DNA from: an uncultured Bacteroidaceae bacterium
GTDB taxonomy: Bacteria; Bacteroidota; Bacteroidia; Bacteroidales; GCA-2748055
DNA: 64,000 nt
Assembly (NCBI GenBank): GCA_964538375.1
Contig: CAZIFQ010000002.1
Span: 3,434 to 67,433 of the forward strand
Direction of reading: 5' to 3'
The translations under genes and the position numbers were made by a program. The first letter of the stretch is position 1, and each line of letters opens with the position of its first letter. Positions 47,218 through 57,755 of the stretch are shown here, piece after piece. The notes below the pieces were generated by a model. That model was not told where the DNA came from. It ran no database searches and was given only the letters and a program-made list of their open reading frames with translations.

Positions 47218-47949
47218 ATGGAATACGCACCTATTCATTTATCAACAGTTAACTCAAGTAATAGTTTTGCAAAAAAGCTGTTGGCAGGTGAAGAATTAGC
47301 AGAGAATACTGTAGTTATCACTGACTATCAGGATAATGGCAGGGGTCAGGGAAAAAATAGATGGGAGAGTGAACCAGGTAAAAACCTATTATTTACATGG
47401 ATTGTTTTTCCTGCATTTTTGGCAGTCTCTGATCAGTTTATGCTGTCAAAAACGGTATCGCTTGGGATTGCTGATGCTTGGAGTGAGTTAGGATTAAGTA
47501 TTCAGATCAAATGGCCAAATGATATTATTTGTGCTGATAAGAAGTTGGGAGGGATACTCATAGAGAATACCATTCAAGGAGCGATTTTGAAAAACTCAAT
47601 AGTTGGAATTGGTCTGAATATGAACCAAACGACTTTTCCTGGGTTTCCGTTTCCCGCTACTTCTGCAGCAAATGAAACAGGTCAGCAATATGATAAAAGG
47701 GAAGTGCTGGATCTACTTATGAAACATTTAATTACCAGGTATAGCCAATTGGAGGGGAGACTTAACCAGGAACTTGATAAAGACTACCTTAACTGTTTAT
47801 ACAGACGAAATACCTTCGGCATGTTTCAAGCTGAGAATGAAAGCTTCGAGGGAAAGATTATAGGGGTGAGTGAATTAGGAGAGCTTGAAATTGAAGTTTC
47901 AGGAGAACGTCGATATTTTGGGTTCCACTCGATAAAGATGATTAGTTAA
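47218..47949 (+). CDS. birA: Biotin-[acetyl-CoA-carboxylase] ligase (class I, no HTH)
   Basis: 243 aa with biotin-binding loop GRGQGKNRWES and KWPNDI. Confidence 0.85.
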   Translation: MEYAPIHLSTVNSSNSFAKKLLAGEELAENTVVITDYQDNGRGQGKNRWESEPGKNLLFTWIVFPAFLAVSDQFMLSKTVSLGIADAWSELGLSIQIKWPNDIICADKKLGGILIENTIQGAILKNSIVGIGLNMNQTTFPGFPFPATSAANETGQQYDKREVLDLLMKHLITRYSQLEGRLNQELDKDYLNCLYRRNTFGMFQAENESFEGKIIGVSELGELEIEVSGERRYFGFHSIKMIS

Positions 47950-48358
47950 GATGCCCGAAATCGAAAATTTCAATTTGATCAATCAAGGAATCTACAAATT
48001 GCTTCAAGGGTGTTTTCACCATTGGGATTAACACCTTGTTTATCTCTGGTTCCAGGGTAATCTTCACTCTTGAATCAGTGTCTCCCACTTCCTTGATCTG
48101 TATCCACATTGTAAAATTGTATTGAGAAACTGCTGGATCGCTGATAATCTTGACCATGCTACATGGTTCTTTTTCAAAAATTCTCATTTTTATTTTTCCC
48201 ACAACATCAACTTTGAAGCTACAGCTATCCTGATCTGCTTGCCAGTTGCTGACTTTATCCTGAGGAACGATATTTTTAAAATTCCTGAAATCGGTAATGA
48301 AATTATATATCTTTTCAGAGCCAGTAGCAGATTTACCGATTTTACTCTCTATTTTCAT
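47942..48358 (-). CDS. SRPBCC/START-like small protein
   Basis: 138 aa. Size and beta-rich pattern are consistent with the SRPBCC fold. This is a weak call without an HMM search. Confidence 0.4.
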   Translation of the reverse strand: MKIESKIGKSATGSEKIYNFITDFRNFKNIVPQDKVSNWQADQDSCSFKVDVVGKIKMRIFEKEPCSMVKIISDPAVSQYNFTMWIQIKEVGDTDSRVKITLEPEINKVLIPMVKTPLKQFVDSLIDQIEIFDFGHLN

Positions 48359-48386
48359 TAGGATGAATTGTATAAATTATGCTTCT

Positions 48387-49016
48387 CTATTTACCGGTCC
48401 AGTTTGCGGGATCCATCCTCCATTGCTGGAGCATCTCTACCTGATCGGGCTGAATATATCCACTATCGAGTGCTTGTTGCAACATACTTTCGTAATCTGA
48501 AAGGGTAACGATATCAACCTGGTGATCGGCGAAATTTTTCTCTGCAAGATCGAATCCGTAAGTAAATGTTGCTACCATACCAAGCACTTTGATTCCAGCT
48601 TCCCTGAGAGCTTCCACTGCTTTAAGTGAACTTCCACCTGTCGAGATAAGATCTTCGATAACAACAACTTGTTGGCCTTTTTCATAGAACCCTTCAATGA
48701 GATTTTCCATGCCGTGTTTCTTGGCACTGCTTCTTACATAAACAAATGGGAGATTCATTTGATCGGCTACGAGAGCACCCTGAGCGATAGCCCCTGTGGC
48801 TACTCCGGCAATTAAATCCGCACCGTCAAAATTGCTTCTTATGGCCTCAACATATTGATCCCTTATGTAAGATCGGGTATCTGGAAATGACAGCGTTTTT
48901 CGATTATCGCAATATATAGGTGATTTCCAGCCAGAAGCCCACGAAAACGGACTTGCAGGTTCTATTTTTATTGCTTTACTTTGCAATAGGAATTCAGCTA
49001 TTTGTCTCTTATTCAT
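48387..49016 (-). CDS. pyrE: Orotate phosphoribosyltransferase
   Basis: 209 aa with PRPP loop VVVIEDLISTGGS and KSPIYCDNR. Confidence 0.9.
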   Translation of the reverse strand: MNKRQIAEFLLQSKAIKIEPASPFSWASGWKSPIYCDNRKTLSFPDTRSYIRDQYVEAIRSNFDGADLIAGVATGAIAQGALVADQMNLPFVYVRSSAKKHGMENLIEGFYEKGQQVVVIEDLISTGGSSLKAVEALREAGIKVLGMVATFTYGFDLAEKNFADHQVDIVTLSDYESMLQQALDSGYIQPDQVEMLQQWRMDPANWTGK

Positions 49017-49023
49017 TCAGCAA

Positions 49024-49638
49024 ATGTATAAAGTTTTTTTTAAGGACAGAACAGTATATTTTGGGGATGATTTTTCAAAGATATTTGAAAGAAACAGTGG
49101 TCTATTCTATAAATACAACAACATCCATGAGCTGACTGAATTGGTTCATGCTTTTTATTTCCTGAAAAAGATTGATAAACTTTTTATTTTCCACGACGAT
49201 ATCCTGACCTTATTCGATGAGTTTAAAGCATGTTTTAAATATGTTGAAGCAGGAGGCGGAGTTGTATTTAATGGAAAGGGTGAATTTCTCGTGATTAAGA
49301 GAAATAATATCTGGGATCTTCCCAAGGGAAAACTCGAAAAAAATGAAAACTTTGAATCTGCTGCTCTTAGGGAAGTGGAGGAGGAGACCGGGCTGGATTC
49401 AATGAAAATTAAGCAACCGATTTTATCTACATATCATACATACCAGGAAGCAAATAAGATGATCCTGAAAAAGACAAAATGGTATGAGATGAGGTATAGT
49501 GGGGATAAAGACCCCGTTCCTGAAGAAAGAGAAAATATTACAGATACAAGATGGGTTGCTCCAGGTAATATAGATTTTATTCGGAAAAACACTTTCCCAA
49601 GCATTTTAGATGTGCTATATCTCAGAGATCTCCTCTAG
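49024..49638 (+). CDS. NUDIX hydrolase
   Basis: Has Nudix box GKLEKNENFESAALREVEEETGL. About 80 aa of N-terminal extension are of unknown function. Confidence 0.8.
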   Translation: MYKVFFKDRTVYFGDDFSKIFERNSGLFYKYNNIHELTELVHAFYFLKKIDKLFIFHDDILTLFDEFKACFKYVEAGGGVVFNGKGEFLVIKRNNIWDLPKGKLEKNENFESAALREVEEETGLDSMKIKQPILSTYHTYQEANKMILKKTKWYEMRYSGDKDPVPEERENITDTRWVAPGNIDFIRKNTFPSILDVLYLRDLL

Positions 49639-51049
49639 ATCTCATGATTCTGAACAATTGTTGCTCCAGTCCTTCCGTCGGCAGTGTTGCTGGTGACTGT
49701 ATTAATTTTCCATCGGGGCCAATCAGATAGCAGGTTGGGTAAGCACGAATTTTGTATGTTAGCAGTAATTCCTCGTTATTTTCATAAAAAAGACTGGTCC
49801 AGTTGTATTTATTTTTCTTCATGAAATCTTTCATTTCAGAAAATGATTCTGTGATCATAACCGTGACGATCTCCAGGTAGTCTTTATGCTTCTCATGCAT
49901 TGCTTTTAGAAACGGATATTCCTTCATACAGGAATAATTGTTAGGCGTGCAAAACATAAGAAGAATGTATTTACCACTGAAGTCATAAATGCTGATCTTT
50001 TTTCCATATTGATTGAGGAGTGAAAATTCAGGCGGATTGGTTCCAATCATTAAATTGGTCAGTCCTGCACGAATATCAAAGGCATAATCTGCATAAATTG
50101 GTAAGCTGGGGTCTGCAATTAATGAATCAAGAATCATTAATAGTGCCTCCTTGTAAAAAAAATCTCTGTAGAATGATTCATTCACCTCTTTCAGGATAAC
50201 AAGGTCGGCGATGGTATCATTGGGAATAGAACTATGCTTCTTCAGCTCATATCGCAATGAGTGTAAATTATGTTCAAAGTTTACTACTTGATTCAGATTT
50301 TTGCCATCCTCTGTTCTGGAAAAATAGTAGAAGAACTTTTCATACATTTTGTTAAAGAGTTCAAGATAAGCAGGGTTATTAATCTCAGGGTAGTCAACTG
50401 CCAGGTACCTGTCAAACATCCCTTTCAATGATTTATTGCCACTATTCATCTGAATCAGCCCGTAGCGATAATTTCTATATTTAGAAAAGTAAGTGGAGGG
50501 AATACTATCGTATTTCTCCTCAATAGAACTTATGAGTGAATCTATTGGATAGAGCACATTCTGAGTCCTGGCTACCAGCTGTTCTCCATTGATTCTGAAC
50601 AGCATGGTGTCGAATTTGAATATCTCCGAGTTAAGATCAGGAGCATTTTCATCTTTGTCACTCACTTCAGCAGAAACTCTTAAGTGAACAATCATTTGCT
50701 CAAAGAATGGACTTCTGATCTCCTCTTCAGTTTTATCTCTTCGGGAAGGAAGCGATATTTGATACATATATCCTGGTTTAACCATCAGCACACACTTATA
50801 AATGCCTAGATTCATTTCTATCCAGCAAAGCTCCTTTATTTCAAATTCAGTAGAAAAATAACCGCTCTTATGCACTACAATAGTGTCCAGGTTCCGGGTA
50901 TTTCCGGTAATCGGATTATATACCATTTCCACAGGAATATTCATGCCTGCATATTCCTTAGAGGTACCATGTATAATTGTAAGTTGGCTGAAGGAATAAG
51001 ATGACAGAAGCAGCAGCAAAAAAGAAATCGTGCTTCGAAATTTTATCAT
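49622..51049 (-). CDS. Secreted protein with C-terminal thioredoxin-like (TlpA/redoxin) domain carrying a variant active site
   Basis: 475 aa with a signal peptide. In the C-terminal ~140 aa, LLMFCTPNNYSCMKEYPFL aligns with FWASWCGPCRKExPxL of TlpA-like proteins. That places Asn at the first Cys position. Its start overlaps the coaD stop by 1 nt. Confidence 0.55.
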   Translation of the reverse strand: MIKFRSTISFLLLLLSSYSFSQLTIIHGTSKEYAGMNIPVEMVYNPITGNTRNLDTIVVHKSGYFSTEFEIKELCWIEMNLGIYKCVLMVKPGYMYQISLPSRRDKTEEEIRSPFFEQMIVHLRVSAEVSDKDENAPDLNSEIFKFDTMLFRINGEQLVARTQNVLYPIDSLISSIEEKYDSIPSTYFSKYRNYRYGLIQMNSGNKSLKGMFDRYLAVDYPEINNPAYLELFNKMYEKFFYYFSRTEDGKNLNQVVNFEHNLHSLRYELKKHSSIPNDTIADLVILKEVNESFYRDFFYKEALLMILDSLIADPSLPIYADYAFDIRAGLTNLMIGTNPPEFSLLNQYGKKISIYDFSGKYILLMFCTPNNYSCMKEYPFLKAMHEKHKDYLEIVTVMITESFSEMKDFMKKNKYNWTSLFYENNEELLLTYKIRAYPTCYLIGPDGKLIQSPATLPTEGLEQQLFRIMRSRGDL

Positions 51050-51519
51050 TACAGGTAGTTGTTAATATCAATAGATGATGGCAGGAATTGAGATGCATCT
51101 CCGCGATTTCGAATAATATCCCTTATGATAGTAGAATTTACCGGTGTATGTTCCGGGTTTGTTAAAAGAAAAACTGATTCAACTCCAGGCAGCATCCTTT
51201 TATTTATTTGAGCAATTGCCCTTTCATATTCGAAGTCTGCAGCAGTCCGGATTCCCCTTAACATATATCCGGCATTCACATGCTTGCAAAAGTCAACAGT
51301 TAAACCTTCAAATGAATCAGTTGATACCTTTGACTCATTCTTGAAAATTTCTTCAATCATTTTTACTCTTGACTCGACTGACAAGAGGGCCTTCTTACCT
51401 GAGTTAACCCCAACGCCAATGATAATTCTGTCAAAAAGGTCTAATGATCGCAATACAATTGATTCGTGACCAATGGTGAATGGATCGAAGGATCCCGGAA
51501 ATATGGCAATTTTACTCAT
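51049..51519 (-). CDS. coaD: Phosphopantetheine adenylyltransferase
   Basis: 156 aa with FPGSFDPFTIGH and a typical CoaD C-terminal ISST-like region (VNSTIIRD). Confidence 0.9.
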   Translation of the reverse strand: MSKIAIFPGSFDPFTIGHESIVLRSLDLFDRIIIGVGVNSGKKALLSVESRVKMIEEIFKNESKVSTDSFEGLTVDFCKHVNAGYMLRGIRTAADFEYERAIAQINKRMLPGVESVFLLTNPEHTPVNSTIIRDIIRNRGDASQFLPSSIDINNYL

Positions 51520-51578
51520 CTTGGTATTATTTAATCTTTATTTTTCAGGATAAAATTAAGAGTTTTTTATATACTGTG

Positions 51579-53804
51579 CTATTTGATTTCCTTTTCTTTG
51601 TTGGAGCTTACAAAAAGAATGTTGCCCAGTTTATCATAACCGGTAAATACATCATAGCCGGTAGTTTTTATTTTTTCACTGTTGAATCCAATAATTGTCA
51701 GATCCGCATCTATTGATGTATTGGCAATCTTCTCTTTTACTTTATCAGGTTCTTTCATATGTATCAAATTGATATTTTTGAAAGATATTGGGAGTCTTCC
51801 GGTTTTTATTAACTCTCTGATCTCTTCACTCTTGCGTTCAATCTCCATGCCATCATATAAGGCAAATATTTTAATATATCCATCTTTCCATTCAGGATGT
51901 CCCATTAATATATAGCCAAGGAGAATCATTAGGTTGGCATTTTCAAAATCGGAAGGCGAGATCCAAATGTGAATCTGCTTTTTGTACCCAAAGCCCTTGT
52001 AGGAGGTACTTAGCACACATATGTCAAAACCGGTGTCACGCAGAATATCATGAGTATTTAATGCATCTTCTAGAGTTTCGGGATGATTCTCGGAGAACTC
52101 AAACAGAATCATGTTATTTCCTTTCCCGGAGATACCAGAAAGCTGGATGACCTGTGCAATAGCAGAAGTGTAGGATGGGCTGATAATTGTATCCAGGTAA
52201 ACCCTGTTTTTACTGCCAGCTGCCAGGTGAAGGAGTTTACGGAGTACGTCTTTTGAGTCCTTATTGGTTTTGTCTGAAAGAAATCCCTTGATGTAGTGGA
52301 TGTAAGTACCAAATCCATATTTGAAAGAAATCCACCGAAGCATATCGAAGGCGCTCCTTCTAAGGAAAGTATCCTCAGTAATACAGATGGTGAAAGGCCT
52401 CCAATGCGTATCAAGATCTTCTTTATCAGCTCGTTGTGCCAAAACCTGTAATTGGCGGCTAAGTTGGAAAATTACTCCCCGGAACAGGTTTTCAATTCCT
52501 TTCTCCTTTGATTTATAAGAGGAGACCATGACATATATCAATACCATAATTAGGAGAGAAAGAATGGCGTAAGGAGCATTCATTTTGAACATCAACCAGA
52601 ACGAAGTAACTGCTCCCAATAAACTTATATACCAACGTGAACGAAAAGTTGGACGATAGGAGGGGTCTGCAGCAAAGTGTTCAAGCAGGGAAATCAAACA
52701 GATGGCACCGTAAGTGACCATGAAGAACATAGAGATGATTCGTGCTACAAAATCTATATCTCCCACCGATACAAAGATAAAAGCAATAATAATAGTGATG
52801 ATACTGCTGTTGATGGGCTCATTCGTGTTTTTCTTCCCGCTGGAAATCCATCCATTCATTTTCTTTCCGGGAAAGACATCATCAAGTCCAATGGCCTGTA
52901 ATGTCCTGGGTGCAATCATAATTGAACCAAGTGCAGAGGATAAAGATGCTGCGGCCAGGCCAATAGGAATAATGGGCCCCCAGATGGCAATTTTCTCCAT
53001 GATCATCTGGTCTGAAGCTAACTCTTCAGGAGAAGCACTGATTACTAGTTTATACGCCACCAGTATGTAAATTACCAGGCCAGCGAAAGTTGCCCATAAG
53101 GTACCTTTTGGAATGGATTTTCCTGGGTTTTTCAGGTCTCCCGATAAACCCAGGCCAGCAATTAAGCCGGTAAATGCAGGAAATATAATGGTAAATACAT
53201 AGAAGAAACTGTCAGGGTTGGAGATTTGTATATTGAAGTTGATAGTTTCTGGTGGATCCACTGATTTACCCATGAAAAACATAAGCAGTGACGTGAAAAG
53301 GATGGCAACAACAAAATAGAGTGCCTTCACACCTATATTGGCACCTTTGGTAAGCATGAGTATCGAAAGGATAGTCATACTCCCAATTCCTATCCACCTT
53401 TTATCAATGAAGGGGATACCGTATTCATAATGAAGGTGTTGAAGCAGAGGTTCAAATGCTTCTGAGAATGCAATTATATAAAAAGCGACACTGATGGCCT
53501 GTGAGAGATAAAGGGTTATACCAATGGCGGCACCAATATTTAATCCGAATGATCTGCTGATGATAAAGTAGGCACCTCCTCCCTGTACCTTTTGGTTGGT
53601 TGCTATTTCTGCAACAGCCATCGCGGTCGGAATTGTCACAAGATGTCCAAGCAATATGAGTCCTAAAACGCCAATAAATCCTTGATGTCCAACTGCATAA
53701 CCAAAGCGCAGAAACAAGATTGCTCCCAGGATGGTTGATATGGCAGTAAAGAAGACCGGGGCGGTCCCGAATCCTGGACTATTTTTTTGCGATCCGTTGC
53801 TCAT
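51579..53804 (-). CDS. APC-superfamily permease with large cytosolic C-terminal domain (cation-chloride cotransporter/SLC12-like)
   Basis: 741 aa. An amino-acid-permease-type core of about 12 TM occupies the first 460 aa. A soluble domain of about 280 aa follows, as in CCC-family transporters. Confidence 0.7.
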   Translation of the reverse strand: MSNGSQKNSPGFGTAPVFFTAISTILGAILFLRFGYAVGHQGFIGVLGLILLGHLVTIPTAMAVAEIATNQKVQGGGAYFIISRSFGLNIGAAIGITLYLSQAISVAFYIIAFSEAFEPLLQHLHYEYGIPFIDKRWIGIGSMTILSILMLTKGANIGVKALYFVVAILFTSLLMFFMGKSVDPPETINFNIQISNPDSFFYVFTIIFPAFTGLIAGLGLSGDLKNPGKSIPKGTLWATFAGLVIYILVAYKLVISASPEELASDQMIMEKIAIWGPIIPIGLAAASLSSALGSIMIAPRTLQAIGLDDVFPGKKMNGWISSGKKNTNEPINSSIITIIIAFIFVSVGDIDFVARIISMFFMVTYGAICLISLLEHFAADPSYRPTFRSRWYISLLGAVTSFWLMFKMNAPYAILSLLIMVLIYVMVSSYKSKEKGIENLFRGVIFQLSRQLQVLAQRADKEDLDTHWRPFTICITEDTFLRRSAFDMLRWISFKYGFGTYIHYIKGFLSDKTNKDSKDVLRKLLHLAAGSKNRVYLDTIISPSYTSAIAQVIQLSGISGKGNNMILFEFSENHPETLEDALNTHDILRDTGFDICVLSTSYKGFGYKKQIHIWISPSDFENANLMILLGYILMGHPEWKDGYIKIFALYDGMEIERKSEEIRELIKTGRLPISFKNINLIHMKEPDKVKEKIANTSIDADLTIIGFNSEKIKTTGYDVFTGYDKLGNILFVSSNKEKEIK

Positions 53805-54055
53805 ATATGCAATAACTATCTTTAAAGGTAAGAATTATACAAAAAGAATCTATCAATTGCGTCCATAGTCTTTTTTTTATGATGATTTATTGGCTTAGCA
53901 GTGATAAAAATCAATTTTACGCTTTCAATTATATTAAATATCTGTCCAATTAGTGACTTGATTATGTCAAATATGGAAATTTATAATAAGTTTGTATTTA
54001 TCAATTGTACGAAAAGCTTTTTCGTATGAATCATTAACACTTTCATTGATTAACA

Positions 54056-54796
54056 ATGATAAAAATACTCATTGTAGATGATGAAGAAGAAGTAAGAGAA
54101 TTACTTGAAATTTTTTTACGTAGTTATTCCGATGCCCAGGTTATTGGATCAGCTTCAAATGTTGACGAAGCACTTAAGATAAGTGCTAAGCTTAGTCCGG
54201 ACCTGGTACTGTTGGATATATCAATGCCTGGCAGGGATGGCTTTGGTTACATATCAGAAATCCAGGAAAAGAAATTATACCCCGGAATAATATTTATCAC
54301 GGCCTTTGAGAACTATGCGATTAAAGCCATAAGAAGTGCGGCTTTTGACTATCTTCTTAAGCCAGTGGACAAGATGGAATTATTTAATGCGATTGACAGA
54401 TTCAGGACATTTAAGGAGAGTGATAAGGAAACCGAATATTCAAAAATTATTGAGATACTTACTAAATCAAAGCATGGAAGAATCCGGTTAAATACACGGA
54501 CTGGGTATTTCTTTGTTGATCCCGATGATATAGTTTATTGTGAAGCTGACGGAAACTACAGTCACATCACCCTGGCTCAAGGGAAGAATGAGATCAGTAC
54601 TGTAAATCTTGGCAACCTGGAGAAGATACTTGAGCAGCATAGGTTTTTTCGTATCAGCAGGTCATTTATCATCAATCTAAAGTACCTGGCAAGGGTTGAC
54701 AGGCGCCAAAATTTATGTGAGATGGAGTATAACGGTCTTTCTCAGCAGCTTAAGGTGCCTGCTCAGAAAATTAAATTGCTTGAGGGCTATTTTTAG
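54056..54796 (+). CDS. LytTR-family response regulator (REC + LytTR DNA-binding domain)
   Basis: REC motifs are IVDDEEE, LLDISMPG and LLKP. The LytTR region is FFRISRSFIINLKYL. No cognate histidine kinase is adjacent. Confidence 0.85.
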   Translation: MIKILIVDDEEEVRELLEIFLRSYSDAQVIGSASNVDEALKISAKLSPDLVLLDISMPGRDGFGYISEIQEKKLYPGIIFITAFENYAIKAIRSAAFDYLLKPVDKMELFNAIDRFRTFKESDKETEYSKIIEILTKSKHGRIRLNTRTGYFFVDPDDIVYCEADGNYSHITLAQGKNEISTVNLGNLEKILEQHRFFRISRSFIINLKYLARVDRRQNLCEMEYNGLSQQLKVPAQKIKLLEGYF

Positions 54797-54976
54797 ATTC
54801 CTCTAATGGTTTATTTTTCTACAATCCCCATTTTTCTGCTTCATACAAGTTTCCATAGGGTTCATAAGGAAAAACCCCCTCTTCATACAATAAGTCTGCA
54901 TTCTCTTTTATTTGGGAACTAAGCAATCTAAATTTACTGCAGATATCTTCCTTAAATATAACTAAACTACTACTTA

Positions 54977-55165
54977 TGGTCGAAGTATACAATTTGGAAG
55001 GAATGCCGGTATACAAATACCGTTCAGAAACCAATAAGACGTTTGAAGTTTCAGAACTAGAGTCAAAAGGACTTCCCTGTGGTGTTTACTTTGTTAAGAT
55101 CAAAACTGCCATGGGAATTGAAACCGCAAAATTACTTATTTGCTAATCCTTTACATCAGAAATGA
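54977..55165 (+). pseudogene. Orphan T9SS C-terminal sorting-domain fragment (remnant of a secreted-protein gene)
   Basis: My own translation is MVEVYNLEGMPVYKYRSETNKTFEVSELESKGLPCGVYFVKIKTAMGIETAKLLIANPLHQK (62 aa). It carries the characteristic GVYFVKIKT...KLLI pattern of Por_Secre_tail domains. An in-frame stop lies at 54959-54961, and no upstream body exists. It is not in the supplied ORF track. Confidence 0.45.
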
Positions 55166-55169
55166 AATT

Positions 55170-55195
55170 AAGGGCTGTTTGTAGCCCTTTTTTTT
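55170..55195. terminator. Hairpin plus T-run between the CTD fragment and the lon stop
   Basis: AAGGGCT-GTTTGT-AGCCCTT is followed by TTTTTT on the plus strand. It abuts the lon stop codon (55194-55196), so it may act bidirectionally. Confidence 0.55.
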
Positions 55196-57641
55196 ATGCA
55201 ATACTCAGAGCGTTTCTAACCTTTTCATTGGTGAGCGCATATTTCAATACATCAGTGATATCTTCCACATACTGGAAGCTCAGGCCAGCCCGGTATATTT
55301 CTTTTATTTCTTCAACATCCTTTTGATTCTCCCTGGAAACGATCAGGTGTTTTATACCTGCCCGTTTTGCAGCAAGGATTTTCTCTTTTATACCTCCAAC
55401 CGGCAACACTTTTCCGCGTAAGGTAATTTCTCCTGTCATTGCCATGTGCTTTTTTACTTTTTGCTGCGTAAATGCAGAGGCAATGGAGGTGATCATGGTA
55501 ACTCCTGCAGAGGGCCCGTCTTTAGGAATCGCCCCTTCCGGGACATGGATATGTACATTCCAGTTAGAGAAGATATTACTCTCCAGGTCTAAGGTTGTTG
55601 AGTGCGACTTAAGAAATTCGAGCGCAATAATAGCCGATTCCTTCATTACATCTCCGAGGTTTCCTGTAAGGGTTAATTTCCCTTCTCCCTTACTTAAGGA
55701 TGTCTCCACAAACAAAATCTCACCACCGGTAGCTGTCCAGGCCAGGCCTGTTACAACTCCTGCAAAATTATTGTCAAGGTATTTATCCTTTAAGAACCTT
55801 GGTGGACCGAGTATTTCCAGTATTCTTTCTACGGTAAGCTTTTTCTCTATCTTTTCATCAAAGGCCAATTGCTTGGCAACAACCCTTAATACTTTGGAAA
55901 TTCGTTTCTCTAATTGTCTCACTCCTGATTCCCTGGTGTAGTCTTCCACCATCCTTTCGATTACTTTTTTCGGGAAGAAAATAAGCTCTTTCTTAATCCC
56001 GTGATTATTCAGCTGTTTTGGAATGAGATGTCTTTTTGCTATTTCAACCTTCTCCTCAACAATATATCCTGAAACATCAATGATTTCCATCCTGTCTAGT
56101 AAGGCTGGATGAATTCCGGCTGTTGTATTGGCTGTGGCAATGAACATAACTTTAGAAAGGTCATATTCAAACTCCAGGAAATTATCATGAAACATGGCAT
56201 TCTGCTCAGGGTCAAGAACTTCAAGAAGTGCGGAGGCGGGGTCTCCATGGGCATCTTTGCCCACTTTGTCGATCTCATCCAACACGAAAACAGGATTTGA
56301 TGTTTTTGCTTTTTTAAGATTCTGTATAATTCTTCCAGGCATTGCCCCGATATAAGTTTTTCTGTGTCCCCGGATTTCAGCTTCATCGTGTAACCCACCC
56401 AGTGACATGCGGATATATTTTCGGCCAAGTGCCTCGCCAATAGATTTTCCCAATGATGTTTTACCGACCCCGGGAGGGCCTACCAGGCAAAGTATCGGCG
56501 ATTTCATATCACCCTTAAGCTTGAGGACTGCCAGGTGTTCCAGAATTCTCTCCTTAACTTTGTCCAGACCGAAATGATCTTTTTCAAGAATCTTACTAGC
56601 GCGGACCAGGTTGAAATTGTCTTTTGTATATTCATTCCAGGGTAGCTCGAGCATGGTTTGAACGTAGTTTACCTGTACAGAATATTCGCCTGTTGCAGGA
56701 TTGAGGCGTTGCAATTTCTCAAGTTCTTTCAAAAAACCCTCTTCAATCTCTTTTGACCATTTTTTGGTTTTGGATTTTTTCCTGTAGTCTGTGATTTCCT
56801 GGTCAAGCGGACTTCCTCCAAGTTCATCCTGGATAGTCTTCATTTGCTGGTGTAAAAGAAACTCCCTCTGTTGTTGATCAAGGTCCGTTTTTACCTTAGA
56901 TTGGATATCACTTTTGAGTTCAAGCATCTGAACTTCTTTCGACAGGTGTTCTAAGAGGTACAAGCCTCTTTTGGATACACTGTTCATTTCCAGAAGCTTC
57001 TGTTTTTCTGATAGTTTCAGTTCGCTGTTCGAAGCAAGGAAATTGATTAGGAAAGCTGGGCTTTCAATATTTTTTACAGCAAATGTCGCTTCAGTAGGAA
57101 TATTTGATGAAAGCTTGATAATCTTTATAGCAAGGTCTTTAAGTGCTGCGCCTATTGCTTTCGCTTCCTCCTTTGGATCTTTCGAGCTGTCTTCCAGTGT
57201 TTTAACCTTGGCAACGTGATAGGGCTTAGTAGTAAGAATGTCTTCAAGCTGGAAGCGTTTTTTTCCCTGGATGATTACGGAGGTGGATCCATCGGGCATC
57301 TCAAGGATCTTCAAAATATGGGCTACGGTACCAATGCTATGCAGATCTTTCTTCTGTGGGCTCTCAACAGATGAATCTACCTGGGAAATGGCTCCAAGAA
57401 TCTTATTTTTCTTATATACGTCCTGAACCAGCTTCAAGGACTTGTCTCTTCCAACAGTAATAGGAATTACTACGCCAGGAAATAAAACTGTATTTCGCAA
57501 CGGAAGCAAAGGGAGCACATCCGGGACATTCATTTTACTTAAATCCTCTTCTTCTTCTTCAGACAACAATGGTATAAATTCTGCATCTTCATCCATGGGT
57601 AGTAAAAGATCACCTAAACTTTTTTCAAATTCACTCTTCAT
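55194..57641 (-). CDS. lon: ATP-dependent Lon protease (LonA)
   Basis: 815 aa with a LON N-domain, Walker [10 protein letters not shown], Walker [10 protein letters not shown] and protease Ser motif PKDGPSAG. Confidence 0.95.
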   Translation of the reverse strand: MKSEFEKSLGDLLLPMDEDAEFIPLLSEEEEEDLSKMNVPDVLPLLPLRNTVLFPGVVIPITVGRDKSLKLVQDVYKKNKILGAISQVDSSVESPQKKDLHSIGTVAHILKILEMPDGSTSVIIQGKKRFQLEDILTTKPYHVAKVKTLEDSSKDPKEEAKAIGAALKDLAIKIIKLSSNIPTEATFAVKNIESPAFLINFLASNSELKLSEKQKLLEMNSVSKRGLYLLEHLSKEVQMLELKSDIQSKVKTDLDQQQREFLLHQQMKTIQDELGGSPLDQEITDYRKKSKTKKWSKEIEEGFLKELEKLQRLNPATGEYSVQVNYVQTMLELPWNEYTKDNFNLVRASKILEKDHFGLDKVKERILEHLAVLKLKGDMKSPILCLVGPPGVGKTSLGKSIGEALGRKYIRMSLGGLHDEAEIRGHRKTYIGAMPGRIIQNLKKAKTSNPVFVLDEIDKVGKDAHGDPASALLEVLDPEQNAMFHDNFLEFEYDLSKVMFIATANTTAGIHPALLDRMEIIDVSGYIVEEKVEIAKRHLIPKQLNNHGIKKELIFFPKKVIERMVEDYTRESGVRQLEKRISKVLRVVAKQLAFDEKIEKKLTVERILEILGPPRFLKDKYLDNNFAGVVTGLAWTATGGEILFVETSLSKGEGKLTLTGNLGDVMKESAIIALEFLKSHSTTLDLESNIFSNWNVHIHVPEGAIPKDGPSAGVTMITSIASAFTQQKVKKHMAMTGEITLRGKVLPVGGIKEKILAAKRAGIKHLIVSRENQKDVEEIKEIYRAGLSFQYVEDITDVLKYALTNEKVRNALSIA

Positions 57642-57755
57642 TCTTCACAAATTGTATGTAATAGCCAAAATGGCAGTATGTTTTTTAAAAATATGGTTTT
57701 ACCTATATGACAATAAGTATGCCAAACAATAATACGTTTAAGATAAGGATTTGTT

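Noticed and set aside
53851-54026. TATCAATTG 9-mer at 53851-53859 and 53999-54007, several TCAATT hexamers, and a TACGAAAAG/CTTTTTCGTA hairpin (54008-54026) upstream of the LytTR regulator, considered as LytTR direct-repeat binding sites
   Set aside because: The region is very A/T-rich, and a single 9-mer duplication about 150 bp apart is within chance expectation. The spacing does not fit the ~12-bp-separated direct repeats known for AgrA/LytR-type sites. I noted it but did not call it.
54819-55034. 71-aa minus-strand ORF from the track
   Set aside because: It has no recognisable features. The opposite strand encodes a recognisable T9SS C-terminal-domain peptide, which better explains the open frames here.
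55444-55941. 165-aa plus-strand ORF (and several 60-115-aa ORFs) inside lon
   Set aside because: They are antisense to, or out of frame with, a complete Lon protease gene, and no motifs are present.
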